DNA of 64,000 bases from Candidatus Nealsonbacteria bacterium (GTDB lineage: Bacteria; Patescibacteriota; Minisyncoccia; Minisyncoccales; MHMH01): assembly GCA_016188865.1 (NCBI GenBank), contig JACPGX010000005.1, forward strand, positions 9,188-73,187, given 5' to 3'. The notes beneath the pieces were generated by a model, which did no database searches, was not told the DNA's origin, and saw nothing but the letters and a program-made list of their open reading frames with translations. Shown one piece after another: positions 1-9,348 of the stretch (its first letter is position 1; each line of letters starts with the position of its first letter). The translations under genes and the position numbers were made by a program.

Positions 1-2
1 AA

Positions 3-1304
3 TTAACAGGGGTTTTATATATTCTTGACGAACCGTCGGTTGGCCTTCATCCTCGCGATCAGGGTAAATTGATTGAAACAATAAAAGAACTTAAAAATTT
101 GGGGAACAGCGTTGTGGTCGTTGAGCATGATCCTCAAACGATTAAGTCAGCCGACTGGATTGTTGATGTAGGTCCCGGCGCAGGGAAGTACGGAGGCAAC
201 ATTACTTTTGAGGGAACGCCGGCGCAGCTGATGAAAAGCCATACTCTTACCGGAGATTATTTGGCCGGTCGGAAGTCCGTTGAAGTCAAAACTACAAACT
301 ACAAACTAAAAACTAAAAACTACTTAACGATCAAGGGCGCCAAAGAGCATAATCTTAAAAATATTAATGTTAAAATTCCATTGCAGAAATTTGTTTGTAT
401 TACCGGAGTCTCGGGGTCTGGCAAGAGTTCTTTAATGAACGATATTTTAGCTAAAGCGCTTTTGAAGAAATTTTACAGAGCCAAGGAAGAGCCGGGAGAG
501 CATCAAGCTATTTTGGGTACAGAAAAAATTAACAAAGTAGTTCTGGTTGATCAGTCGCCCATTGGCAGGACTCCCAGAAGCAATCCAGCCACTTACACCA
601 GCGCTTATACATATATAAGAGATCTTTTTGCTAAAACCAAGGAAGCCAGGGCGAAAGGTTATCAAGCCGGCCGATTTTCTTTCAACGTTAAAGGCGGCAG
701 ATGCGAAACTTGCGAGGGGCAAGGCGTCAGAAAAATTGAAATGTATTTTTTGCCGGATATTTACGTTGAATGCGAAGAGTGCAAGGGCAAAAGATTTAAT
801 AAAGAAACCTTGGCAGTGGAGTATAAGGGAAAGAATATCGCAGATGTTTTAGGAATGACCCTGGAAGAAAGTCTTAAATTTTTTGAACACATTCCCGGAC
901 TTTATGAAAAATTAAAAACTTTAAACGATGTCGGTTTAGGCTATATGCAGCTGGGTCAGTCAGCTCCTTCGCTTTCTGGCGGAGAAGCCCAGCGGGTTAA
1001 GCTTGCTACCGAGCTGTCGCGTAAAGCTACCGGTAAAAGTTTATACATATTAGATGAGCCCACTACCGGCCTTCATTTCGATGATATTAAAAGGCTTGTG
1101 CAGGTTTTGCGCGGTTTGGTTGATAAAGGAAATACCGCGCTGGTCATTGAGCACAATTTAGATTTGGTTAAAAATTCCGATTGGATAATTGATTTGGGTC
1201 CAGAAGGCGGGGAGAAGGGCGGCTATCTCGTCGCCGAAGGCACCCCCAAAGAAATCGCCAAAGTAAAAAAATCCTACACTGGACAATATTTGAAGGGTGT
1301 GTGA
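3..1304 (+). CDS. uvrA: Excinuclease ABC subunit UvrA, C-terminal ~430 aa (5' end outside window)
   Basis: Frame is open from nt 3 ([19 protein letters not shown], Walker B). Second ABC module has GVSGSGKSS, a zinc finger [25 protein letters not shown] and [12 protein letters not shown]. Confidence 0.95.
   Translation, partial: LTGVLYILDEPSVGLHPRDQGKLIETIKELKNLGNSVVVVEHDPQTIKSADWIVDVGPGAGKYGGNITFEGTPAQLMKSHTLTGDYLAGRKSVEVKTTNYKLKTKNYLTIKGAKEHNLKNINVKIPLQKFVCITGVSGSGKSSLMNDILAKALLKKFYRAKEEPGEHQAILGTEKINKVVLVDQSPIGRTPRSNPATYTSAYTYIRDLFAKTKEARAKGYQAGRFSFNVKGGRCETCEGQGVRKIEMYFLPDIYVECEECKGKRFNKETLAVEYKGKNIADVLGMTLEESLKFFEHIPGLYEKLKTLNDVGLGYMQLGQSAPSLSGGEAQRVKLATELSRKATGKSLYILDEPTTGLHFDDIKRLVQVLRGLVDKGNTALVIEHNLDLVKNSDWIIDLGPEGGEKGGYLVAEGTPKEIAKVKKSYTGQYLKGV
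289..323 (+). repeat. Five tandem heptamers AAACTA(C/A) inside uvrA
   Basis: Read directly: aaactac aaactac aaactaa aaactaa aaactac. Encodes [12 protein letters not shown] in a variable linker of UvrA. Confidence 0.8.
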
Positions 1305-1323
1305 ACCTCCAGGAGGTTCACAC
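1299..1323. repeat. Perfect palindrome GTGTGAACCTCC-A-GGAGGTTCACAC (left copy)
   Basis: 12-nt arms. Contains the uvrA stop codon TGA (1302-1304). Not followed by a T-tract. Confidence 0.9.
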
Positions 1324-1331
1324 TTAGAAAT

Positions 1332-2060
1332 ATGCCGTATAGAAATATTTTTGAAAAAGACATACCAGCTCATATAATTTCCCGATCCATAGAGGAAAGA
1401 AAAATTTTCAGTGATGAAGAAGATTGCTTTAGATTTATTTTTCAAGCTTATGCTGCCAATATTGGCAGCCCGGCTCGTACTCTTTGGCGACAAGATGTGA
1501 TAAAGTTAGCCAAAGCTATTTTAGAAGGAGAAAGAATATCCTCCAGATTTATATTAAAAGAACATGATCCACTTGTTAATTTTCTAGATTTTTCTTTAGT
1601 TGTGACTCATTACCATTTTTATTTAACGCCAAACTCTGAAAATAGCATTCCGGCATTCATAAGGAATTTCAATAATGGGTTTGCTCAATTTTTTAATCAA
1701 AAACATAACCGTAAGGGCGTTTTATTTAATGGCCCCTATCGAGCCATAATAACAAAAACTCAACTTCAGGCAGATACCGTAAGTCGATATGTCAGCGTGA
1801 TTAATACTTTAGATGTTTTTCAACCCAAATGGCGGGAGCAAGGTTTAAAAAATCCCAAAGAAGCTTTCGAATTTCTAAAAAGCTATCAATTTTCCAGTTT
1901 TCCCGACAAAATAGGGGAGCGAAAATCAAAAATTTTAGCCTCTGCGGAAATTTTAGAAAAATATCTCACCATTGGAGCTGACATAAAAACATATCAAGAA
2001 TTCGTTAAAAATTTTTTGAATGAAAGGTCGGATCTTATTCGCGAATTTTTCCTCGAATAA
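1332..2060 (+). CDS. REP-associated tyrosine transposase-like / IS200-family HUH Y1 protein
   Basis: AHIISRSIEERKIFSDEEDCFRFI resembles the COG1943 N-terminus. HUH motif in VVTHYHFYL. NRKGVLFNGPYRAI matches the GHLFQGRYKS-like block. Candidate catalytic Tyr in SRYVSVINT. Confidence 0.7.
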   Translation: MPYRNIFEKDIPAHIISRSIEERKIFSDEEDCFRFIFQAYAANIGSPARTLWRQDVIKLAKAILEGERISSRFILKEHDPLVNFLDFSLVVTHYHFYLTPNSENSIPAFIRNFNNGFAQFFNQKHNRKGVLFNGPYRAIITKTQLQADTVSRYVSVINTLDVFQPKWREQGLKNPKEAFEFLKSYQFSSFPDKIGERKSKILASAEILEKYLTIGADIKTYQEFVKNFLNERSDLIREFFLE

Positions 2061-2062
2061 AA

Positions 2063-2087
2063 GTGTGAACCTCCAGGAGGTTCACAC
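2063..2087. repeat. Perfect palindrome GTGTGAACCTCC-A-GGAGGTTCACAC (right copy)
   Basis: Identical 25 nt to 1299-1323. Confidence 0.9.
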
Positions 2088-2096
2088 ACATCATGA

Positions 2097-2128
2097 AAAT
2101 AGCCTTGCGGATTTCCGCAAGGCTATTT
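2097..2128. terminator. Bidirectional intrinsic terminator-like hairpin
   Basis: AAATAGCCTTGCGG-attt-CCGCAAGGCTATTT, a 14-bp stem with A/T-rich ends. Lies 18 nt beyond the stop of the minus-strand protease gene. Confidence 0.6.
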
Positions 2129-2146
2129 ATGTTTGATTCTGTTCTG

Positions 2147-3070
2147 TTATTTTTCTTTAAGAAAATCAGTAATGTATCTCACGGGAACTGCAAAACCGAA
2201 ACCGGATCCTTCAAACGATCCATTGACCATGCCGATCACTTCCCCTGCCCTGTTTAAAACAGCTCCGCCGGAGTTTCCTCTGTAAATCGAGGCGTCAAAT
2301 TGAGTGAACTTGACCGAGGGGAAAAAACCGTCAAAGCTTCGGTTGAAGCCGCTTATAATTCCGGCGCTGATCGAACTTTCCAATCCGTTGGGAGTTCCTA
2401 CTATTATCACGGGTTCGCCGACGGAAAGGTTTCTGGCATTCGCCGGCTTCAACGGTTCAGCCAGCGGTTCCTCTAGCTCGATTAGGGCTAAATCCCACTC
2501 CGGCTTCACTTTCACGATCTTGCCAGGAAGGCTTCTTGGCCAGAATACTCCGCCTACATTAGGCGGTTTGACCCAGACAATATCGCCAGGTTCTCCGTGC
2601 ACGATATGATATGCGGTAACAACAAGATTGCCGCCTCCAAAGACGAAACCCGCTCCGGTTAAATCAGCATAGACGGTGACCAGAGCTTTGCTGGTTTTAT
2701 TGTAGATTTCGCTAGGGTTAAAGAGGTTGTTTCCCAGTTTGGTCATATTTCCGGCAAGACCATCTTGGTCGGCCTGGAGCATACCGATTTTATTAGAGAG
2801 TTCTCTCAGAGCGCCAGAAAGTTCTGTCACATTGCCGGCCAAAGAGTTATAAGCCTTTTGCCTTAATCTGGTTTCTTCAAGGATGTCTTTTTGAGCCAGC
2901 AAAAGATCCTGCGTGAGCGCAGTTTTTTCTTCCGCTAGCGCAAAAAGCTTTTTCTCCAACAAGGAGTTTTCCCTGCCCAGATATTTTAGGGTCAGATTAG
3001 TATGGATTGATAAACCTGCCAAGGCAATAATCAAGACCATCGTTACTACAATTACCAGATTATTTTTCAA
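2147..3070 (-). CDS. Membrane-anchored trypsin-like serine protease (S1C/HtrA-like, no PDZ)
   Basis: N-terminal TM plus coiled coil. Catalytic triad contexts TAYHIVHG, DLALIELEE and GNSGGAVLN. Confidence 0.8.
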   Translation of the reverse strand: MKNNLVIVVTMVLIIALAGLSIHTNLTLKYLGRENSLLEKKLFALAEEKTALTQDLLLAQKDILEETRLRQKAYNSLAGNVTELSGALRELSNKIGMLQADQDGLAGNMTKLGNNLFNPSEIYNKTSKALVTVYADLTGAGFVFGGGNLVVTAYHIVHGEPGDIVWVKPPNVGGVFWPRSLPGKIVKVKPEWDLALIELEEPLAEPLKPANARNLSVGEPVIIVGTPNGLESSISAGIISGFNRSFDGFFPSVKFTQFDASIYRGNSGGAVLNRAGEVIGMVNGSFEGSGFGFAVPVRYITDFLKEK

Positions 3071-3201
3071 CGTACTCCTCCTTTATTTTTATATTGTAAT
3101 TATACATCGAAATTAAATTTTTGTCAATATGGACAATGTTTGGAAGGCATTTTAAACTAAAAAAGTTCCTTAATATCTAAAAGCGAGAGAGGAGGGGAAG
3201 T

Positions 3202-3888
3202 ATGTATAGTTTTGCTGATTACAAGGCGCATTATGAAGATTGCGAGAAATCCCTGCGCATCATAAAAAGCATCATCAAGCAAAACAAATTAAAAGAAATT
3301 ACGCTCTCCCCGGAAATAAAAAAATCGAGAGAATACTTAATTAGTCTTTTTGCTAAGCCGGAGCTTAATGGAATCTGTAAAAATTGCCGGGGAGATTGTT
3401 GCGTAACCAGCAATTTTTGCTTAAGGCCGTTTGAGCTTTTCTGTTTTTGTATCGAGAATCCAGATTTTGAATTTCCCCAGCCAGACTGGCGATTTCTAGA
3501 TGAGGAGCTAAAGCGCAATAAACTGCTTATCAATAATCACTGTCTTTTTTTGGACAGCCATGGCTGCCTCTTGAATGAGCACAGGCCGGCAATTTGTTTG
3601 CTTTTTTATGATTGCGATCTTAGTTTTAGGCCGGATAATCTAAAGGCTAAATTGAAAGAAGTTCTTTCCGCGCAAGAAATGGAGAGAATATTTTTTCTGC
3701 AAACCAAGAAATATGTAATAGCAAGAGAATCCTTCTGCAACGACCTTCTTCGGTCGGCCGGTATATCAAAAAATTCCTTATTAGCTGTTGAAATAAAAGG
3801 AACCATTACCAGCGGCGTTATTGGCTACAAGACATCTCTTTCAAGTTTGGAAAAATTATCAGATCTTTATAAAAATAAAAGCCCTTGA
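3202..3888 (+). CDS. YkgJ-family cysteine-cluster protein
   Basis: CKNCRGDCCV (CxxCxxCC) plus a second cluster HGCLLNEHRPAICLLFYDC. Strong SD (gaggaggggaagt) before the ATG. Confidence 0.6.
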   Translation: MYSFADYKAHYEDCEKSLRIIKSIIKQNKLKEITLSPEIKKSREYLISLFAKPELNGICKNCRGDCCVTSNFCLRPFELFCFCIENPDFEFPQPDWRFLDEELKRNKLLINNHCLFLDSHGCLLNEHRPAICLLFYDCDLSFRPDNLKAKLKEVLSAQEMERIFFLQTKKYVIARESFCNDLLRSAGISKNSLLAVEIKGTITSGVIGYKTSLSSLEKLSDLYKNKSP

Positions 3889-3912
3889 CAGGGCTTTTGG
3901 GTTGAGTAATAT
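3885..3912 (+). promoter_or_regulatory. Putative sigma-70-type promoter of groES-groEL
   Basis: TTGACA (3885-3890), 16-nt spacer, TAATAT (3907-3912). The -35 box sits in the loop of the upstream terminator hairpin AAAGCCC/GGGCTTT. Confidence 0.5.
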
Positions 3913-3917
3913 AACAA

Positions 3918-3944
3918 TTAGCACTCGGAGGTCGCAATTGCTAA
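3918..3944. promoter_or_regulatory. CIRCE-like HrcA operator
   Basis: TTAGCACTC-N9-AATTGCTAA against the consensus TTAGCACTC-N9-GAGTGCTAA. Left arm is perfect, right arm matches 7/9. Lies 23 nt upstream of groES. Confidence 0.75.
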
Positions 3945-3966
3945 TTATAATTATTAATTTATCAAT

Positions 3967-4257
3967 ATGCATATTAAACCACTATCAGATCATATTTTAA
4001 TAGAACCGATAAAGGAAGAGGAAAAAACAAAATCCGGCATTTTGCTGCCAGAAACCGCGGAAAAAGAAAAGCCGGAACAGGGGAAAGTTATTTCCGTGGG
4101 CCCCGGGAAAAAAGATAAAACCGGCAAATTCATTACTCTGGAAGTAAAAGCGGGAGACAGGGTTTTATTTACCAAATACGGGCCAAACGAAATTAAAGTC
4201 GATGATAAAGAATATTTAATCGCTAAGGAAGAAGATATCTTAGCAATTTTAGAATAA
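3967..4257 (+). CDS. groES: Co-chaperonin GroES
   Basis: 96 aa. IKPLSDHILIEPIKEEEKTKSGILLPE and VLFTKYGPNEIKVDDKEYLI are typical Cpn10. Confidence 0.97.
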   Translation: MHIKPLSDHILIEPIKEEEKTKSGILLPETAEKEKPEQGKVISVGPGKKDKTGKFITLEVKAGDRVLFTKYGPNEIKVDDKEYLIAKEEDILAILE

Positions 4258-4272
4258 AAAATAATTCATTCT

Positions 4273-6063
<1,791 letters not shown>

Positions 6064-6070
6064 ACTGAAA

Positions 6071-6100
6071 ACTCCCTCCTTGTTTTGGAGGGAGTTTTTT
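6071..6100 (+). terminator. Intrinsic terminator after groEL
   Basis: ACTCCCTCC-ttgtttt-GGAGGGAGT followed by TTTTT. Confidence 0.85.
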
Positions 6101-6114
6101 GTTATAATTAAAAT

Positions 6115-6666
6115 ATGAGCATAACTACAATCGTTTTAATAGTTCTTGTGGCAACAGTTCTTTGGTTAATTTTAACCTTTAATCGTTTTGTCGCCTTGCG
6201 CAACAGGGCAAAAGAAGCCTGGTCGGATATCGATGTTCAGTTAAAGAGGCGATATGATTTAATTCCTAATTTAGTGGAAACGGTTAAGGGATATGCCAGT
6301 CACGAGAGAGAACTTTTAGAGAAAGTTACTCGGGCAAGAACCGCGGCGATGGGGGCGCAAACCGTAGCCGAGCACGCTCAAGCTGAAAATATGCTTTCCG
6401 CGACCTTAAAATCGCTTTTCGCTGTTTCGGAAAATTATCCTGATTTAAAGGCTTCGGTTAATTTTCTTGAACTTCAGCGTGAGCTGAGAGATACCGAAGA
6501 TAAAATTCAGGCAGCAAGAAGATTCTATAATATGAATGTCCGGGACTTGAATATTAAAACAGAAAGTTTTCCGGATAGTTTCATCGCTAAATCCTTCGGT
6601 TTTAAACCGATGGAATTTTTTGGAGCAGATAGCGATGCCAGGGAGCCGGTAGCCGTTAAGTTTTAA
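6115..6666 (+). CDS. lemA: LemA family protein
   Basis: N-terminal TM, then FNRFVALRNRAKEAWSDIDVQLKRRYDLIPNLVETVKGYASHE. Confidence 0.9.
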   Translation: MSITTIVLIVLVATVLWLILTFNRFVALRNRAKEAWSDIDVQLKRRYDLIPNLVETVKGYASHERELLEKVTRARTAAMGAQTVAEHAQAENMLSATLKSLFAVSENYPDLKASVNFLELQRELRDTEDKIQAARRFYNMNVRDLNIKTESFPDSFIAKSFGFKPMEFFGADSDAREPVAVKF

Positions 6667-6674
6667 TTTTCCAA

Positions 6675-7580
6675 ATGAATATTTACGCTCAAGCCGATTC
6701 GAATATCCGCAAGACTTGGCTTTATCTGACATTTTTTTTCGTCTTGATAATTGCTCTCGGCTGGCTGGTTTCCTATTACGCAGAAAGTCCGGTTATTCTC
6801 TGGTTTGCCGTGATTTTCAGCTCTTTCACTAGTTTTTTGAGCTATTGGTTTTCCGATAAAGTCGTTTTAGCTTTGAACCATGCCAAGCCAGTTGAGAAAA
6901 AAGACAATCCCGAACTTTACAGGACAGTTGAAAATCTTTGCATTACGGCCGGACTTCCTTTGCCGAAAATTTACATTATCAATGAAGACCAGCCCAATGC
7001 TTTTGCCACCGGAAGAGATCCTAAACATGCGGTTGTGGCCGTTACCCGCGGTCTGCTTGGGAAATTGGAAAAAGTTGAGCTGGAGGGGGTTATTGCTCAC
7101 GAGCTTTCCCACATTGGAAATAGGGACATGCTTTTGCAGGCAATGATAGTTGTTTTGGTGGGGATAGCGACAATTATGGTTGATTTCTTTTTTAGGGTAA
7201 GTTTTCACGGCGGGTTTAGGCGCCGCGATGATCGAGACGATGGGAAAGCGCAAATATTAACGTTGGCTCTGTCTATTGCGGCGGCTGTCTTGGCCCTAAT
7301 ATTTTCTCAGCTAATTAAATTTGCTATTTCCAGAAAACGGGAATTTTTGGCCGATGCTTCCGGCGCTCTTTTGACGAGGTATCCCGAAGGATTAGCTAGG
7401 GCCCTTGAAAAGATTTCAGCAGATCCGTGTGAGCTTAAGTCCGCTTCCGATGCCACCAGCCACCTTTATATTGCCAATCCCTTCCGCGGTAAAGAAAGCA
7501 TTTCGTGGTTGCATAAATTATTTATGACCCACCCGCCGATTGGAGAAAGAGTAAAGGCGCTTAGAGATTTAAAAATTTAA
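6675..7580 (+). CDS. htpX: M48 family zinc metalloprotease (HtpX-like)
   Basis: Multiple TM segments, HELSHIGNRD (HExxH), C-terminal THPPIGERV. Confidence 0.85.
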   Translation: MNIYAQADSNIRKTWLYLTFFFVLIIALGWLVSYYAESPVILWFAVIFSSFTSFLSYWFSDKVVLALNHAKPVEKKDNPELYRTVENLCITAGLPLPKIYIINEDQPNAFATGRDPKHAVVAVTRGLLGKLEKVELEGVIAHELSHIGNRDMLLQAMIVVLVGIATIMVDFFFRVSFHGGFRRRDDRDDGKAQILTLALSIAAAVLALIFSQLIKFAISRKREFLADASGALLTRYPEGLARALEKISADPCELKSASDATSHLYIANPFRGKESISWLHKLFMTHPPIGERVKALRDLKI

Positions 7581-7588
7581 TATAATAT

Positions 7589-8119
7589 ATGCTTTGTCCC
7601 ACTGATAAAATAAAATTAAATAAAGCAGTATTATCTGGCATTGAGGTGGATTACTGCCCAAAGTGCCTCGGGCTTTGGTTTGAAGAAGAAGAATTAAGAT
7701 TAGCCAAAGATTATAAAGATAAAAATTTAAGCTGGCTGGATATTGATTTATGGGAAGACGAAAAAAAGTTTAAAATTTCCCCAAGCCGAAAACTATGTCC
7801 TTCCGATAGAATGCCTCTTTACGAGGTAGAATACGCCGATTCCGGTATTAGGGTTGATGTTTGCGGTCTTGACCATGGCATTTGGCTGGATAGGGGAGAG
7901 TTTAAGAAAATTATCCAGTATTTAAAGGAGAAAGCCGACGGGGAAGTTTTAAATAATTATTTAAAAAATCTTCGAGAAGAATTATGGGAAGTATTTTCCG
8001 GCCCTGAAGATTTGAAAGAAGAAATCGGCGACTTCCTTGCAATTTTAAAGCTTTTCGCTTATAAATTTACTGTCCAGCATCCGGCAATTGCCAAGATAAT
8101 TTCCGGATTACCTCGCTAG
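7589..8119 (+). CDS. Protein with two TFIIB-type zinc-ribbon modules
   Basis: LCPTD..VDYCPKCLGLWFEEEEL and LCPSD..VDVCGLDHGIWLDRGEF resemble the zf-TFIIB (PF13453-like) pattern. Confidence 0.6.
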   Translation: MLCPTDKIKLNKAVLSGIEVDYCPKCLGLWFEEEELRLAKDYKDKNLSWLDIDLWEDEKKFKISPSRKLCPSDRMPLYEVEYADSGIRVDVCGLDHGIWLDRGEFKKIIQYLKEKADGEVLNNYLKNLREELWEVFSGPEDLKEEIGDFLAILKLFAYKFTVQHPAIAKIISGLPR

Positions 8120-8122
8120 GCC

Positions 8123-8174
8123 TTGACGCTAACCTTATATTTTACTAGAATGATTGTAATACAATTTATTACAA
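8123..8174 (+). promoter_or_regulatory. Putative promoter plus inverted-repeat operator of the toxin-antitoxin pair
   Basis: TTGACG (8123-8128), 17 nt, TAGAAT (8146-8151). Followed by the inverted repeat TTGTAATA-caatt-TATTACAA (8154-8174) just before the ATG at 8179. Confidence 0.45.
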
Positions 8175-8178
8175 ATAT

Positions 8179-8397
8179 ATGCGTACAATAATTAATATTT
8201 CTTTACCCGAGATGCTTAATCGGGAAATTGAAAAAGCAATGCGAAGGGGGAGATATTCCACTAAAAGCGAGTTTTTAAGAGAGCTTGTCCGAGAAAAGCT
8301 GGAAGAAGAGGATATCGCCGCGCAAATTAAAAAAAGCGAAGCAGAGTTTCGCGCTGGCAAAGGCAAAATACTTCATTCGCTGAAAGATTTGCGCTAA
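8179..8397 (+). CDS. Ribbon-helix-helix (CopG/ParD-like) antitoxin
   Basis: 72 aa. N-terminal strand IINISLPEML, then STKSEFLRELVRE. Sits 6 nt upstream of a RelE-like gene. Confidence 0.6.
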   Translation: MRTIINISLPEMLNREIEKAMRRGRYSTKSEFLRELVREKLEEEDIAAQIKKSEAEFRAGKGKILHSLKDLR

Positions 8398-8403
8398 TTT
8401 TTT

Positions 8404-8667
8404 ATGCGGATTTTATATTCGCCAGAATTTGCGAGGAGGTATAAAAAGCTTTCCATTGAAGTTCAGAAAAAAACCGAAGACAAAGAGATTGTTTTTCGCA
8501 ATAACCCTTTTGACTCGCGGCTTAACACTCATAAACTGCACGGCAACTTAAGTGATTTTTGGGCATTTTCAGTTGATCAGCGTTATAGGATTATTTTTGC
8601 ATTTGCGGAAAGGGGGGTGGCAAAATTTTACGCCATTGGGGATCATTCTTTATATAACAAAACGTAA
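8404..8667 (+). CDS. RelE/ParE-superfamily toxin
   Basis: 87 aa. NPFDSRLNTHKLHGNLSDFWAFSVDQRYRIIF is typical of the RelE/YafQ-like core. Confidence 0.65.
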   Translation: MRILYSPEFARRYKKLSIEVQKKTEDKEIVFRNNPFDSRLNTHKLHGNLSDFWAFSVDQRYRIIFAFAERGVAKFYAIGDHSLYNKT

Positions 8668-8669
8668 TT

Positions 8670-8754
8670 GGAGGGGTCGCATAGTGGCCTAGTGCGTCCG
8701 CTTGGAGAGCGGATATACCGCAAGGTATCGCGAGTTCAAATCTCGCCCCCTCCG
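8670..8754 (+). tRNA. tRNA-Ser (GGA)
   Basis: Acceptor GGAGGGG/CCCCTCC. Anticodon arm TCCGC-TTGGAGA-GCGGA. 16-nt variable arm TATACCGCAAGGTATC. T arm GCGAG-TTCAAAT-CTCGC. Discriminator G. Starts 2 nt after the toxin stop. Confidence 0.9.
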
Positions 8755-8793
8755 CCTTGACAAGAGAGTGAAACGTTTTAAGATAAAAATATT

Positions 8794-9348
8794 ATGATTA
8801 AAAAAATAGTTTTGGCGGTTGTGGTTTTGGGCCTTTCAGCCGGAGGTTTTTTTTATTGGTGGAATAACCAAGCTGATGTAAGGGGGTTAAATAAGACTTT
8901 GCCCGATGGCGTGAGAGTTGTAAAAAGTTTATATGGCAACGAATATAAAGTCATCAACAAAATCGACGGCTACGAGTTTAAGGTGCCGCGGGAGTGGAGG
9001 GGAATAAATGAAGTTGCGTATATTCCAGAGAGGGGAGAAGAAGGGTACACATTGTCTAGTATTGAATTAGAAGGCAGAGAAGAAAGTAGCAGAATCGTAG
9101 TTATGAATCGTTTTGAAGGAAATGATGAAATTTTAAGGATTTGGGTAGAGAAAAACTTTAAAACTTTCGGTTTAGTCGGAAATTTTAATGAAGATAAGGT
9201 GGGAGAACTTGATATAGTAAAGATACAAGAGAACGTACATTTGGGTGGTATGTATGTATATTTTTTCAAAAAAGATTCGTCAATTTACTCCATAACTAAC
9301 GGTTCAGAAGAATTTATTAAATATATTATTATTAATGGTAAATGGTAA
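8794..9348 (+). CDS. Hypothetical exported or membrane-anchored protein
   Basis: N-terminal hydrophobic segment IVLAVVVLGLSAGGFFYWW. No motif recognised. Confidence 0.5.
   Translation: MIKKIVLAVVVLGLSAGGFFYWWNNQADVRGLNKTLPDGVRVVKSLYGNEYKVINKIDGYEFKVPREWRGINEVAYIPERGEEGYTLSSIELEGREESSRIVVMNRFEGNDEILRIWVEKNFKTFGLVGNFNEDKVGELDIVKIQENVHLGGMYVYFFKKDSSIYSITNGSEEFIKYIIINGKW

Larger units (their letters stand above)
1299..2087 (+). mobile_element. RAYT/IS200-like unit: HUH-Y1 gene bracketed by two identical 25-nt palindromes
   Basis: The same palindrome lies 8 nt upstream of the start codon and 2 nt downstream of the stop. See the component features. Confidence 0.6.
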
